A stretch of DNA of 63,991 bases, the filler included, from Malassezia furfur (Eukaryota): NCBI GenBank assembly GCA_052055015.1. It is 4 parts of 4 records of this genome, joined end to end, with 100 filler letters (N's around TTAATTAATTAA, not from the genome) between each part and the next. Parts side by side here need not be neighbours in the genome. Positions count along the whole stretch, not along the records: positions 34,472 to 51,561 come from JBQJIT010000235.1; positions 51,662 to 63,991 come from JBQJIT010000337.1; 2 more parts are not named here. One strand, written 5' to 3'. The notes under the pieces are model-generated. The model worked only from the letters and a program-made list of their open reading frames with translations, did no database searches and was not told the origin of the DNA. Shown here one piece after another: positions 46,432 to 58,155 of the stretch (position 1 is the first letter of the stretch; the number at the start of each line of letters is the position of its first letter). The position numbers were made by a program, and so were the translations under genes.

Positions 46432-46891
46432 TCAGCGCTCCAAATCTGCGTGAGTGCCCCACCACGTACTGATATTCGAACCAAACTTGGCATACAGCTT
46501 GACTTTCAGCTCCTTCATCCCCGTCTCGCACTCGTCCATGACGCGTTGCAGCCGCTCGAGCTCGTCATCCGCTTCCTTGGTGTCCTGCTCGAGCTGCGCG
46601 AGCGCCTCTTCCTGTAGCATCGAGATGTATGCCTCGCCCACTTTGTATCTGCATTAGCCATCATCACGCACAGCACACGCTCGCCGTCGAGCAGCTCGAG
46701 CTCCATGCCGAGGTCCTCGAGCTCCTCGCGCTCTGTCCGCCGTGCCTTGAGCTCTTCCTCGACGTCACTGAACGTCGCATGCAGCCGACTAAACCGGTTG
46801 ATCTGCTGTTGATCCTCCCACGACACCTCGACGTCGTTATCGCTCTTCTCGTCCAGCTGGGTGAGCGGCGTCGGCGACCTACCATCTGCAT
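46432..46891 (-). CDS. GIM3: Prefoldin subunit 4; introns 46857-46882, 46649-46671, 46446-46469
   Basis: EVSWEDQQQINRFSRL, YKVGEAY and MKELKVKLYAKFGSNI|NLER. Confidence 0.93.
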
Positions 46892-46951
46892 GGTCGTGCG
46901 AAGGTGTGGCTTAGTCAGCGCAACGCGCCGCGCCCTTTCGCTGTGGCCGGC

Positions 46952-49900
46952 ATGTCGAACGTCGACAAGCAGCTGCTGCGCGAGTGTCGCACGCTGCTCC
47001 AAAAGGGCGAGTGGGACGGCGCAGCAAGTAAGGCGTACGTGTGGTGCAACTGACTCCAGTGCGGCGGTCCTCGAATTCTCGCCAGAAAATTACAATGCGT
47101 ACGTTGTGCGACTCACCCAGCCTGGTCTTCCAAGGGCTTGCCCAGCTGCATCTCGGAAACGAGGCGGCATCGGAGGCTTCCTACATCAAGGCGACTCAAG
47201 TCGACGGGTCCCAGATCCTTGCATGGCAGGGCCTCGAAAAACTCTACACAAAAAACGCCCAGTGGCCAGCGTTGGTCAATGTCTACACCCACCTCGCCGA
47301 CCTCGCGCTCGCGGCGGACGACGCGGCCAAGTGCGGTAATGCACTGACCAAGATCGTCTCGATCGAGCGCGAGCACGGGTCGCGCGAAACCCTCGCAGAC
47401 GCGCTCATGGCGTTCGTGCCCGGGTCGCGCTACTTTGGCCTGCTCGAGACGCTGCCCGTGCCGGACCAGACGGCGCCCGCGTCGAACCCGGCATTCAACG
47501 CACAGATGCTTATGCACGCTGCCGCGCTCGACAATGCGCAGGAGCTGGCCGAGCTGTACGAGCAACTCGACCAGGCAGCGATCGACGACGCGATCAAGAA
47601 GCAAAAATCGACGCTCGAGGGCGCCAAGCTCGGTGTGTCGCTCATGCGCGACCAGGTTGTGACCGACGTGCTGAAAAAGTCGCGCGTGCCGCACCTGCTG
47701 GAGCTGATCCGCAACCATCCCCGCACGGACGACAAGCTGCGTCGCGACGTCGAGGCCAAGCTGCTGCGGCACTTTGCCGAGCTCGCTAAGGCAGTGCCGA
47801 CCGAAGGCCCCTCGGCGAACGTCGGGCTGAAGCAGGCCGTGCGCCAGCAGACACTCGAGTTTGCGCGCGGGTTTGTCGTGCTGCAGGTGCCCGACGAGCT
47901 CGCGTGGACGATCTACCTGGACTGGAACGACTTTGTGCTGCGTGAGCTGCCGTACGCGCAGCTGGTCGACTATGTGCGCCTGTTCCCCGATGCGCCGCGC
48001 ACCTACTCGATCCGCGCATTGCTGTGCCTCGTGGACGACGAGGCGTACAAGAACACCGACAGCGGCGCAGCGACGCGCGAGCGCGTCCACCAAGAGACCG
48101 AGCTGCTCCAACTGGCGCTCGACGGCATGGAAAAGAGCAAGGACTCGTTGTTCGCGCAGCGCGTTGTCTCGCTCTTCTATCTGCTCGACAAGGACTATGC
48201 GTCCGCGCACGAGGTGCTCGAGGGCGCGCAGAAGCGCCTTGCCAAGCTTGCGGCGACGACCGGCGCGCCGTTCCGTGCGGTGGAGATCGAGCTGCAGACG
48301 CAGCTCGCCACGGCGCTGACGCATTTGCACCCACCGAAGCACCACAAAGAGGCGCGCAAGCTCGTGGATGCGGTGCTGGCGCACCAGGGCATGAATTCAG
48401 ATGCACGCCTTGCGCTCGCCTATCTCGATGCTGCGCACGCGCAGTGGGCGGCGGCGAAGCACAACTTTGCGCTGGTGATGCGCCTCGCCGACGAGGATGC
48501 CGAGGCCATGCGCGACGCGCCGCAGAACGTCGGGCGCAACCTCGCGGCGCTCTCCTTGTCGCCTGACGCGCGCCTCGAGGCGCATGCAGAGCTGGCGTGG
48601 TGCCTGGTGCAGCTCGGCGAGCTGGACGGGGCGCGCGGCATGCTGGACGAGCTGATTGCGCACAACGACGGCGACGACAACGTGTTTGGCGCCGACTTCC
48701 GTGCGCGGCTCTGGTGGCAGCTCGGCCGGTGCTACTGGGCGATGGGCGGCGAGTGGCGCCACGATGCACAGTATGCGTACCACTGCTACATTGTTGCGAT
48801 CCAGCTCAGCGGCTCGTTTGCACCCGCTTTCACGGCGCTCGGCGAGTACTACGAGACGGAGGTGAGCCCACCGGATCTGGTGCGTGCATCCAAGTGCTTC
48901 CAGAAAGCGTTCGAGATGGACGCGCGCGAGTACGGCGCGGCGCGGCGGCTCGTGGAGCACTTTGCGAACCAGCGCGAGTGGGACTTGGTCGATGCGATCG
49001 CGCGGCGCATCGTCGAGGCCGAGGGCGGCGTCGATGCCCTCGCCGGACGGCCGCAGGCAGGTGTGCACGTCTCGGCGAACGCGTGGGTGTGGAAGGCGAT
49101 CGGGATCGTCGAGGCGCTGCGCCACCGCCCCGAGCGTGCGATCGTCGCGCTGCAGGTGACGCTGCGCTCGGACCCCGACGACGTGGACGCGTGGGTGCGC
49201 ATGGGCGAGGCGTACCTCGCGTTCGGCCGGCCGATCCCCGCGCTCAAGACGTTCGCGCGCGCGCTCCAGCTGCTCCGCACACAGCCCACGAGCGGCGTCG
49301 CGGCGTGGCACGTGCTGTTTCACGTCGCGGACGCGCAGCGCCGCCTCGGGCGCTTTGCGCTCGCGACGCGCATCCTCACGCGCATCGTGCACGGCCACGA
49401 CGCACAGCCTGCGGTGCAGGCCGTGCTCGCCGAGACGCGCCTCGACGAGGCGCGCAGTCTGCTGGCCGCCGGCTACGTGCATCGCGCGCATGCGGCGCTC
49501 GTCGCGAGCATGTACGACGCGTCGGACGCGCTGCACGCCGACAAGCTGCTGACCACTGCGTGGAAGGTCGCGGGCGACGCGTGCTTCCTCCTGTCGAAGC
49601 TCGATGCGCTGCGTGCGGCCGAGACCGAGGTGGTGCCGCCCGCGGGCGCGTCCGAGGGCCTGCGCAGCGTGCTGTACTCGCTCGTGCTGCTCCTCGGGCA
49701 GCTCGACGTGGACGCGCGGCTCGCGGCGATCGACGCCGCGAGCGCCGCCGACCTCGCGAACGACGTGCCCGCGGCGTCGGACCGCACCGCACTCGATGCG
49801 GCGGGGTATGCAACGCACGCGGTGCTGTGCTACAAGTACGTCGCGCTCGCGCACACCACCGAGTCCAAGACGGCCGTGTTTGCGTGGGCGGACCTGGCGA

Positions 49901-51561
49901 TGGGCCTCGCGCGCCTCGCGACGGCGCTGCGCACGGCCGACGCGGAGCGCAGCGCGCTGGCGCACGAGCAGGCGGTGCAGTGCGTGCGCCTGGCACTCGC
50001 GCGCAAGTCGCAGGCGCGGCTGTGGATGCTGCTCGGCAACCTGTTCTTTGAGGAGGACGTCGGCACGGCGCAACACGCGTACATCATGGCGATCGAGACG
50101 GGCGCCAAGAGCCCCGCGCCGTGGACCAACCTGGGCTTTTTGTATCTGCGCCAGAACGACGCCGAGCTCGCCGAGCAGGCGTTTGTGCGCGCGCAGACCA
50201 TGGCGCCCGACTGGCCCGCGAGCTGGCTGGGCCGCGCGCTGCTCCTGGCGCAGCACAGCCCCGACTTGCGTGCGCGCCTGTCGCTGTTTGAGCACGCTTA
50301 CATGCTGTCGGAAGGCGCCTCGCTCGAGGCCGACTACGGCTTTGCGCTCGCGGCGTTTGCGCGCCTTGCGCATGCGGCACGCGCGGCGCCGTCGCGCGTG
50401 CTCGCGCCTCTGCTTGCGGCGAACCACTACGTGGCGCGCGAGCCGCTCGACGACGCGGCGCTGCACCTCTCGGCGCTGCTCGCCGAGCAGCTGGGCGCGT
50501 CGCGGCTCGCGATCGAGCGCATCGAGCGCGCCACGGCGCAGCTCGAGGCCGAGTTCGAGGCGACCGAGAGCGCGGCGCTCGCGCTCAAGTACGGCCTTGC
50601 GTCGATGAACCTAGGCCGCATCCGCCTCGCGCGCCGCGACGCGTCGGGCGCCATCGAGGCGTTTGAGGGCGCACTGGCGCTGCTCGACGACGACGAGACG
50701 CCCGCGGACGACGACGCGCTGCCTGCGCGGCACACGCAGCTCGTGCACGCGCGCGTCACGGCGACGATCGGCATCGCGCACGCGCACTGCCTCTCCGACG
50801 ACCCGGCGGGCGGCGCACAGCAGCTCGCCGACGTGCAGCAGACGCTCGCGACGAGCGGATTGCCGGCCGACACCGCCGCGCAGGTGCGTGCGCAGATTGC
50901 AGTGCTGCTCGCGCGCGTGCTGTGGCGCGACGGCGACCGTGCGTCGATCGCGGCGCACCTCGACGCGGCGCTCGCCGAGGCGCCCACCGACACGCTGCTC
51001 ATCACCACGCGCGCGGCGGTCGCAGCGGCCGCGGGCGACACGGCGCAGTACAACGCGGTGCTTGCGCAGTACGCCGCGGCGCTGCCGGACGCGCTGCGTG
51101 TGCAGCTGCGCAACTACGAACCTACGGCGAAGCTGAGCATCTGGCAGCTAGCCGCAGCGGTACGTCTCCTGCCTACTCACCCAGTTCCCGCTCGATGCCC
51201 TGCTGCAGCACCTCGGCAACACGCTCGCCAACCCCGATACCACGCCGGCCGTGCGCGTGCTGGCCGCCGACACGCTCGTGCGCCTCGCGGCGGAGCATGC
51301 CATGCGCGAAGCGCCGCTCCTGCGCGTTGCGCTGCCGCACGGCGACGGGTCCGTGCTGGGCGTCGCGCGCGCCACGCTGCGTGCCGTCGAGACGCACCCC
51401 GACGACCTCGCGCACTGGAGTACGGCGCTCAACGTGCTCGCGCTTGCCGAGCTCGTCACGCTGCGCGAGCAGACGTATGCGCCGCCGCCGCCCGCCGAGG
51501 CCGCCCCGCCTGCCGAGAACGAGGCGCCGGCCAGTGGCGATGCGCCTGCGGATGCGCCTGC
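46952..51561 (+). CDS. SKI3: Superkiller TPR protein Ski3, 3' partial; introns 47035-47059, 47099-47120, 51160-51184
   Basis: NYNA|LVFQGLA, LAWQGL, FAPAFTALGEYY, RASKCFQKAFEMDA, QHAYI, WTNLGFLYL and PDWPASWLG. Confidence 0.88.
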
Positions 51562-51661
51562 NNNNNNNNNNNNNNNNNNNNNNNNNNNNNNNNNNNNNNN
51601 NNNNNTTAATTAATTAANNNNNNNNNNNNNNNNNNNNNNNNNNNNNNNNNNNNNNNNNNNN
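51562..51661. other. Assembly gap with artificial six-frame stop linker
   Basis: 44 N + TTAATTAATTAA + 44 N. Confidence 0.95.
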
Positions 51662-52429
51662 CGGTCCGCCGCGCCGCGCCGCGTCCGCCCCGCGCGCGGG
51701 AGCCGATGGACGATTTGGATGCGCAGCTGCAGAGTGCGAGTCTTGCTGGGAACCGCGGAGACGACGATGCTGCGTCGTACACGTCGCGGTCGTCGTATGT
51801 GCCGCGTGCGGCGCCTGCACGGAGCCGGGTCGCCGAGCGCTCTGCGGCGTATGCGCCGGGCAACGTCCTTGAGCGGCGCACGAGCTCCGCTGGGGGCAGC
51901 GCATACAAGCCGTATCGCAGCCGGCGTGCGCACTCGCCAATCGACGACGTACCGAACGAGCCGAGGGTGGCCGACGACGATCCGTTCGCGGACCCTCAGC
52001 CGTCACGGGGCACAGGACGGGACACGCTGTCCTCCGCATCGCTGGCCTACAAGCCGCGAGAGTCACGCGCGCGTGCGTCACTGCTGGATCTGGACGACGA
52101 CGAGTACGAGGCAGAGGCGCCTGCCCCTATCCGCACGAAAGCGTCCGCAGCAGCAGCAGCGCCTGCGGCCGCGACGCCTACGTTCATCCCTCCGGAGCTG
52201 CTCGAGGGCGACCTGGTCGTGGCGCTGCACGATTTCGATGCGCAGGAGCCGACAGACCTGTCGTTTAAGCGCGGTGATATTATCCGTGTCACACGGCGCA
52301 CCGACAACGAGACCGACTGGTGGACCGGCGAGCTGGCGGCGGCGTTTGGGGACGAGAAACCCGCTTCGGGGATGTACGTACACACTACACTCACGCAGGT
52401 TCCCCTCGAACTATACGGAGCCGCTCTAG
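51662..52429 (+). CDS. C-terminal part of an Lsb3/Ysc84-like SH3 protein; intron 52374-52398
   Basis: VALHDFDAQEPTDLSFKRGDII...DWWTG...GM|FPSNY SH3 domain at the extreme C-terminus; the 5' part is lost in the gap. Confidence 0.72.
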   Translation, partial: RSAAPRRVRPARGSRWTIWMRSCRVRVLLGTAETTMLRRTRRGRRMCRVRRLHGAGSPSALRRMRRATSLSGARAPLGAAHTSRIAAGVRTRQSTTYRTSRGWPTTIRSRTLSRHGAQDGTRCPPHRWPTSRESHARVRHCWIWTTTSTRQRRLPLSARKRPQQQQRLRPRRLRSSLRSCSRATWSWRCTISMRRSRQTCRLSAVILSVSHGAPTTRPTGGPASWRRRLGTRNPLRGCTYTLHSRRFPSNYTEPL

Positions 52430-53383
52430 AGGACGGTGCCGCCCGTTTCGTGTACCACCTGCTGTGCGTACCGGTCGATCACACTCACATCGTAGCCAAT
52501 TAACGAGATATGCACACCCGCATTCCACTTGGGGTACGAGCCGACGCGGATGCCGTCCTGCTTGCCGTCGCGTGTCAGGCGCGTGAGGAGCTGGGTCAGT
52601 TGTGTGGCGTACCGGGCTCAATGCGCTCTCGGGCTGGTGCACCTCGATCAGGCACCGAATCGGCTTGGGCGCCGCCGGGTCCAGGCGCAGGTACGGCACG
52701 AAGGCGTGCAGCAGTCCCTCAAAGATGCGCGGCACACCCGGCAGAATGCACACGTTGCCGTTGACGCGCACGACGGGCACCCAGAACTCGCGCGCGGGGA
52801 AGATGATCTCGGCATTCGCGGGGAAGAGTGCCATACGGTGCCGCGCCTGCGTCACCTCGTCGGGGACCTCGGCCATGTTTATACGGTGCGCGAGGCTGGT
52901 CTGCATGCGCTTGATCGTCTCTTGGTCGTGCTCGAGCGCGACATCGCCAAAGGCCTTGGCGAGCGACGCGTACGTGATGTCGTCCGGAGTCGGCCCGATC
53001 CCGCCGCTCGTCACGACCCAGTCGTACGTGCGCGAGAGGCGCTGGGCCGACTCGGCGATGGTCTCTTCGTCGTCCGGGATGACCTCGATGCGCTTCAAGT
53101 CAATGCCCAGCTCAAAGCACAGCTTTGCAAGCTTGTTGCTGTTGGTATCGAGGGTCTTGCCGTTCAGCACCTCATCGCCGATGATCAGGCAAGCGGCCGT
53201 GCGGATGTACGGACCGCGCTCGCGGAACGGCTCCGGCGGCGTCGGGGTAAAAAGTGGCGGCGTGTCGTTCGACGACATGCGGCGTGGGGTCGTGTGTATG
53301 CGAGACACACCAAGTGCCGTGGGTGTGTGCGGTGGAAGCGCGCCTCGAGCCGCAGACAGGAGACGCCGTCCAAGGAATGGCAT
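52426..53383 (-). CDS. Molybdopterin-binding/CinA-like protein (Fpy1/YMR178W-like); intron 52591-52612
   Basis: AACLIIGDEVLNGKTLDTNS, VIPDDE, TSGGIGPTPDDITY, ILPGVPRIF and after splicing IRVGSYPKW. Confidence 0.85.
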
Positions 53384-53495
53384 ACGGCGCACAAATCGCG
53401 CGCGCCCGGCCGAAGACGGACGCGCACAGGCCACGAGTGGAGGCAGCCGTGGGACAAGAGGGAAGTTTTAGCATTGCGGTGTAGGAATGTCATGT

Positions 53496-55223
53496 CTACT
53501 TAGCATTGGCCTGGTCACGCAGGAAACGGCGCAGGATCTTGCCCGAGGGGCTCTTGGGCACCTCTTTGATCAGCACCACGCCGCCACGCAGCTTCTTGTG
53601 GTTCGCGACGCGGCTCCCGAGCCAGTCCTGGATGCGCTTGCTGAGGGCGGCCTGTTCCTCGGGCGTGCTCTTTTCGAGGTTGAGTGCCGAGGGCGACGGC
53701 ACAACGTACGCACGCGGCAGCTCGGTGGCCTGCTCCTTGTCCTGCACGCCAACGACAGCGACGTCGGCGACGTCCGGGTTGTCCAGGAGAATCGCCTCGA
53801 GCTCAGCGGGCGGCACCTGGAAGCCCTTGTACTTGATGAGCTCCTTCTTGCGATCAACAATGTACAGGTAGCCATTCTTGCAAATGGCAATATCTCCCGT
53901 CTTGAACCAGCCGTCCTTCGTGAGGCATTCCTCGTTCGCGGTCGGGTTGTTCAGGTAGCCCTTCATCACAATGTCGCTCCTGACCCACATCTCGCCCGGC
54001 TTGCCGTCGGTGCCCTGCTTGTCCGCGACATCGTTGCCGTCATCGTCAACGAGACGCACAAAGACACCAGGTAGAACACTGCCGCACGTCCCCTTGTTGT
54101 CGCGGTACTCGCCGTGGCGAGTGAAGGTAATGACGGGCGTCGTCTCACTAAGGCCGTAGCCCTGGGTGACGCGAGCGTTAGGCAAGCGACGCTCGACTTG
54201 GTCGCCAAGTTCGACGCCGAGAGGCGCAGCGCCGCTCAGAACGATCTTCAGCGAACTCAGATCGTACTTGTCGACGACGGGACTCTTGGCGAGGCCAAGC
54301 GCCATAGGCGGCACAATCATTGCGAGCGTCACCTTGAATTTCTGGATCGTCGCACAAAATACCTCCAAGTCGAAGCGGGGCACCACCACTACCTTCATGC
54401 CCAGCAGGAACGAGGAAAAGACGAGCACGTTCAGGCCAAAGATGTGGAACATGGGCAGGACGGCGATGGCGGTTTGAGTCGGTCCAACGTCGCCCTGAGC
54501 GTGAATCATCAGTGTCTCGGTGCCCGCCTTCATGTTGGTGTGCGTAAGCTGCACGCCCTTGGGCTTGCCGCTGGTGCCGCTCGAGTAGACAATCACAGCG
54601 ACCTTATCCCTGGGGTACGTCACTTTTTGCGTCGGCAGCCAGTCGGTAAGCACCGTGCGGAAGTCGCGCTCGCCCGTCTTGGCCTGAGAGACCTTGTCGG
54701 CCTCATCCATGAACCAGATCGCCAGCTCACCGTTAGGTGTCGTCTTTGGGCGCCCGGTGCGCTCCAACACGGCATGAACATTGCCCACAATCGGGGGGAA
54801 TACAAAAAATGCGGCAATGTCCGAGTCAACCACGGGATGTTCGAGCTCGTCCACCGAATAGGTGGGGTTGAGAGGCACAGCAGTCAGACCAGCTTTGACG
54901 ATGCCGAGGATCACTGGGAGATAGACCGTAGAATTGGGAGCGATCACTGCGACGCGCGCATCCTCTGGGATCTCGAGTTTTTTCCGCAGAAAGTAGGCGA
55001 TTTTGCCTGCCATGTCCTCGATCTCGCCGCGGCTGGGTGAGTGCATGCAACGTACGTTATCTCCTTGCCGTCCAGGCGCCAAAGCGCAAGATCCGAAGGC
55101 TTGAGCTTGGACGGGTTCGATGCGATCCAGTCATACAGGCTGCGTCAGCTACGCCACGTACTTTCCCGACGGCACCCGCGTGGGGTGGTACGGCACCGGG
55201 CTGGTCAATTCAGGCGGCGCCAT
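53496..55223 (-). CDS. 4-coumarate-CoA-ligase-like acyl-CoA synthetase; introns 55140-55161, 55033-55055
   Basis: YSSGTSGKPKGV, LPMFHIFG, SGAAPL, QGYGLSET, GWFKTGD, DRKKELIKYKGFQVPPAELE and PKSPSGKILRR. Confidence 0.9.
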
Positions 55224-55296
55224 CTGAAAAAGAATGAAGCGATGAGAAGTTTCCCCACAGATAGGCTCAGATAAAGAGCACGTGCTATCTCGGCAA

Positions 55297-58080
55297 CTAT
55301 GTGTGGGGCGGGAAAACACTTAAGTCCGCGGTATCGTCGTCCGCGAACGATGCCTGGCTGCGCAGCTCGAGTTCGTCGTCCTCTGTGAGACGGTCACTCT
55401 TGGAGAGCGAGAGGAGCGGAGTGCCGCTCATACCGCTGGCCCACGGCGTGTGCGTATCCGATGGGGTCGAGTACTGTGCGCGGAATGGCGCGCGCACTGG
55501 GTCGACAGCGAGGCCCTCGGCCTGGCGGCGCTCCTGCGCGCGCACACCCGGGGGCACGCGTGGGAACTGGATCATAGATGGTTGCAGATTTGACAGGGGC
55601 CCCTCGACCAGGAGCTGCTGCGCCTTGAAGTGCTGCAGCAGATAGTACCACAGCGGGTCGCGGCTGAGCACCTTGGGGTTCCCGACGATGATCAGGCCGA
55701 ACCGCGCACGGGTGAGCGCGACGTTCAGCCGGCGCGGATCGCTCAGGAAGCCGATACCCTGACGCTCGCTGCTGCGTACGCAGCTCACGAGGATATAGTC
55801 CTTCTCGCGCCCCTGGAACGCGTCGACGCTCGCGACTTCGATCTCGCGGTACAGTTCCTTCCGCAGGCTGCCGTGCAGCTGCATGTGCGTGATGAGGTAG
55901 TGGCGCTGCCCCTCGTAAGGCGTCACAATCCCGATCTGGCTCGGAAGGACGTGCGCCTTGAGCAGGCTCGTGACCATTTTCTCCACACTGGACGCCTCGG
56001 TGCGGTTGAGGAACGAGGTGCCGCTCCCTGAGATCTCCTCCTGCCCGAGGTTCTGCCGGAAAAACATGGGCGCGCCCGGGTTCGGCCACGGGAAGTCGAT
56101 GTTGCGTTGCTGGCGTTCCTGTGCCGTGACGCCGTTCTGCAGCGCGCCGTCGTAGAACATGTTGCTGGGAAACTCGGAGAGGCAGGGGTGCATGCGGTAC
56201 TGCACCTCGAGGCGCAGCGGGCGGTGTCCGAGCTGGATCATGCGCTCGAACAGGCTGCTCTTCATGCCCGCCTGTGCCGCCTTGCGGTTCATGATGACCG
56301 GGCCGAGCTGTTTGTGGTCGCCGACCAGCACAAGCTGCTTGCACCCGTGCACGAGCGGGATGAGCGACTCGGGCTCTGTGGCCTGCGTCGCCTCGTCCAT
56401 GAGCACGGAGCGGATCGTGAGGCCCTGCACACGCACGTCGCCCATGCCCGAGCACGTGGTGCAGATCACGTCGGCGGCCTTGAGGATCTCGCGCTCGCAC
56501 GCCTTCATCATCGAGCGGTAGCGGCGCTCGTCGCTGGTGCTCAGCTCGCCGTGCTCGCTCTTGAGTCGCGTGAGGCGGGCGAGCTCGGGGCTCATGCTCG
56601 CCTTCGCGAGCTGCTCGTGCAGCGACAAAAAGTTGACCGTGTTGCTGAGGCTCTCGCGCGTGCGCGCGAGCACACGCACCACCTTGAGTCCGGTCTGGTG
56701 CAGCTTCTCGGTGAGTTGGTCCACCGCGACGTTGGAAGGCGCACACACAAGCACTGGGCCGGGGTACATCTGGCACAGGTGGTACACGATCGATGCGCTC
56801 GTCACCGTCTTGCCCGTGCCCGGCGGCCCCTGGATGAGCGCGAGGGGGCGCGAGAGCACCGCCTTCACCGCGCACACCTGGCTGTGGTTCAGCTCGGGCA
56901 GGCCGGGCACGGTGAAGCGCGTCGGCAGCGGCGTCGCGAGCGTGCTGGGCGGCATGGCATGGCCGAGCAGCGAGCGCATCAGGTAGCCACTCATGCACCC
57001 GTGCTCGTTGGCAAAGCGACGGAGCGCGCTGTGCATGCGGTCGAACGTCGTGCCCTTCCAGATGAACTCGGCGGTGAAGTTATGTGTGCACTGCGTCGGG
57101 ACGTAGGTGCCGTGGCGCAGCTCGACGCCCACCTCGGTCACGGCATTCTGTGGCACAGACACCACTTGCACAATGGTCTCCCACGGCGCGTGCAGCTCGC
57201 CCTGGTATTTGAGCTTGATTTCGTCGCCGACGGCCATGCGCAGTTCTCCGCTCTCTAGCTGAGGCATCTCGAGCCACGCGCGCGGCTTACGCACCTGCGT
57301 CGTGTCCCATCGTACCACGACCGCATTCTGCACCTGGCTCTCGCGCAGCTTGCGGTCATACTCGGCCTCGATCGCGACGAGCGGCGCGAAAATGCGCTGG
57401 TACTCGTATGCATCCTTGTACACGGCCTGCGTCTTGGCGACCTCCTCCTCAACCTGCGTCGCCTGCAGGTCGCGGAAAGTCGCCTGCTCGTTGCTGCGCC
57501 ACAGGTCCTCGAGCATGCTAATTTCCTGTGCGTTCACCTTGCGAGTATGCCGCGCCTCTTCGGCGGTCGGCGCTGCGACGAACCACGGCAAGAACGCGCG
57601 GTCTTGGATGAGCGGCGACCACTGCGACGTGTCCCACGTCACGTCTTTGGACGTCGATGTGTGCGCGCATGGACTGCGGCATAGCAGCACCACGACGGCG
57701 TTGCCCTTGGCAGGGATGAAGCCCAGCACAAAGGGGTTTTTGGAGCCGCACGCATAGCACTCGGGCACCGTGTCGCCGAGCGGCGACTCGGGGTGCAGTT
57801 GGATGCCCTTATGCCGTGACCGCACGAGGTGCATCACAATGTGTGAGCCGGGCGTCTTGCCACGTCCGTTGCAGAACCACTTAGAACAATGTAGGCACTG
57901 CACGCAGCTGCGCACGTCGGCGAGACCGCAGTAGGCACACGCATACGGCGCAGACGGCACATCCTCTTCCTCCTCTTCCTCGTCATCGGACGCTGCATAG
58001 GTGCCCGCATCGACCGACAGGCGCTCGAGCGCGGTCGCCAGTGCGCCACGCTCCTCTTCTTCGCGCGCCGCGACCGCCAT
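55297..58080 (-). CDS. UPF1: Upf1/Nam7 NMD RNA helicase
   Basis: CH domain (CAYCG, KWFCNGRG..GSHIVMHLVRSRHK), LIQGPPGTGKT, DEATQATEPE, QYRMHP, SVDAFQGREKD and RRLNVALTRA. Confidence 0.97.
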   Translation of the reverse strand: MAVAAREEEERGALATALERLSVDAGTYAASDDEEEEEEDVPSAPYACAYCGLADVRSCVQCLHCSKWFCNGRGKTPGSHIVMHLVRSRHKGIQLHPESPLGDTVPECYACGSKNPFVLGFIPAKGNAVVVLLCRSPCAHTSTSKDVTWDTSQWSPLIQDRAFLPWFVAAPTAEEARHTRKVNAQEISMLEDLWRSNEQATFRDLQATQVEEEVAKTQAVYKDAYEYQRIFAPLVAIEAEYDRKLRESQVQNAVVVRWDTTQVRKPRAWLEMPQLESGELRMAVGDEIKLKYQGELHAPWETIVQVVSVPQNAVTEVGVELRHGTYVPTQCTHNFTAEFIWKGTTFDRMHSALRRFANEHGCMSGYLMRSLLGHAMPPSTLATPLPTRFTVPGLPELNHSQVCAVKAVLSRPLALIQGPPGTGKTVTSASIVYHLCQMYPGPVLVCAPSNVAVDQLTEKLHQTGLKVVRVLARTRESLSNTVNFLSLHEQLAKASMSPELARLTRLKSEHGELSTSDERRYRSMMKACEREILKAADVICTTCSGMGDVRVQGLTIRSVLMDEATQATEPESLIPLVHGCKQLVLVGDHKQLGPVIMNRKAAQAGMKSSLFERMIQLGHRPLRLEVQYRMHPCLSEFPSNMFYDGALQNGVTAQERQQRNIDFPWPNPGAPMFFRQNLGQEEISGSGTSFLNRTEASSVEKMVTSLLKAHVLPSQIGIVTPYEGQRHYLITHMQLHGSLRKELYREIEVASVDAFQGREKDYILVSCVRSSERQGIGFLSDPRRLNVALTRARFGLIIVGNPKVLSRDPLWYYLLQHFKAQQLLVEGPLSNLQPSMIQFPRVPPGVRAQERRQAEGLAVDPVRAPFRAQYSTPSDTHTPWASGMSGTPLLSLSKSDRLTEDDELELRSQASFADDDTADLSVFPPHT

Positions 58081-58155
58081 AAAGGAAGCCACGTGGGTGG
58101 AGGCGCTGGGGTGGAGGCAGCTTAATCCCTGACCCCCTCACGCCCCACCTTGCTT

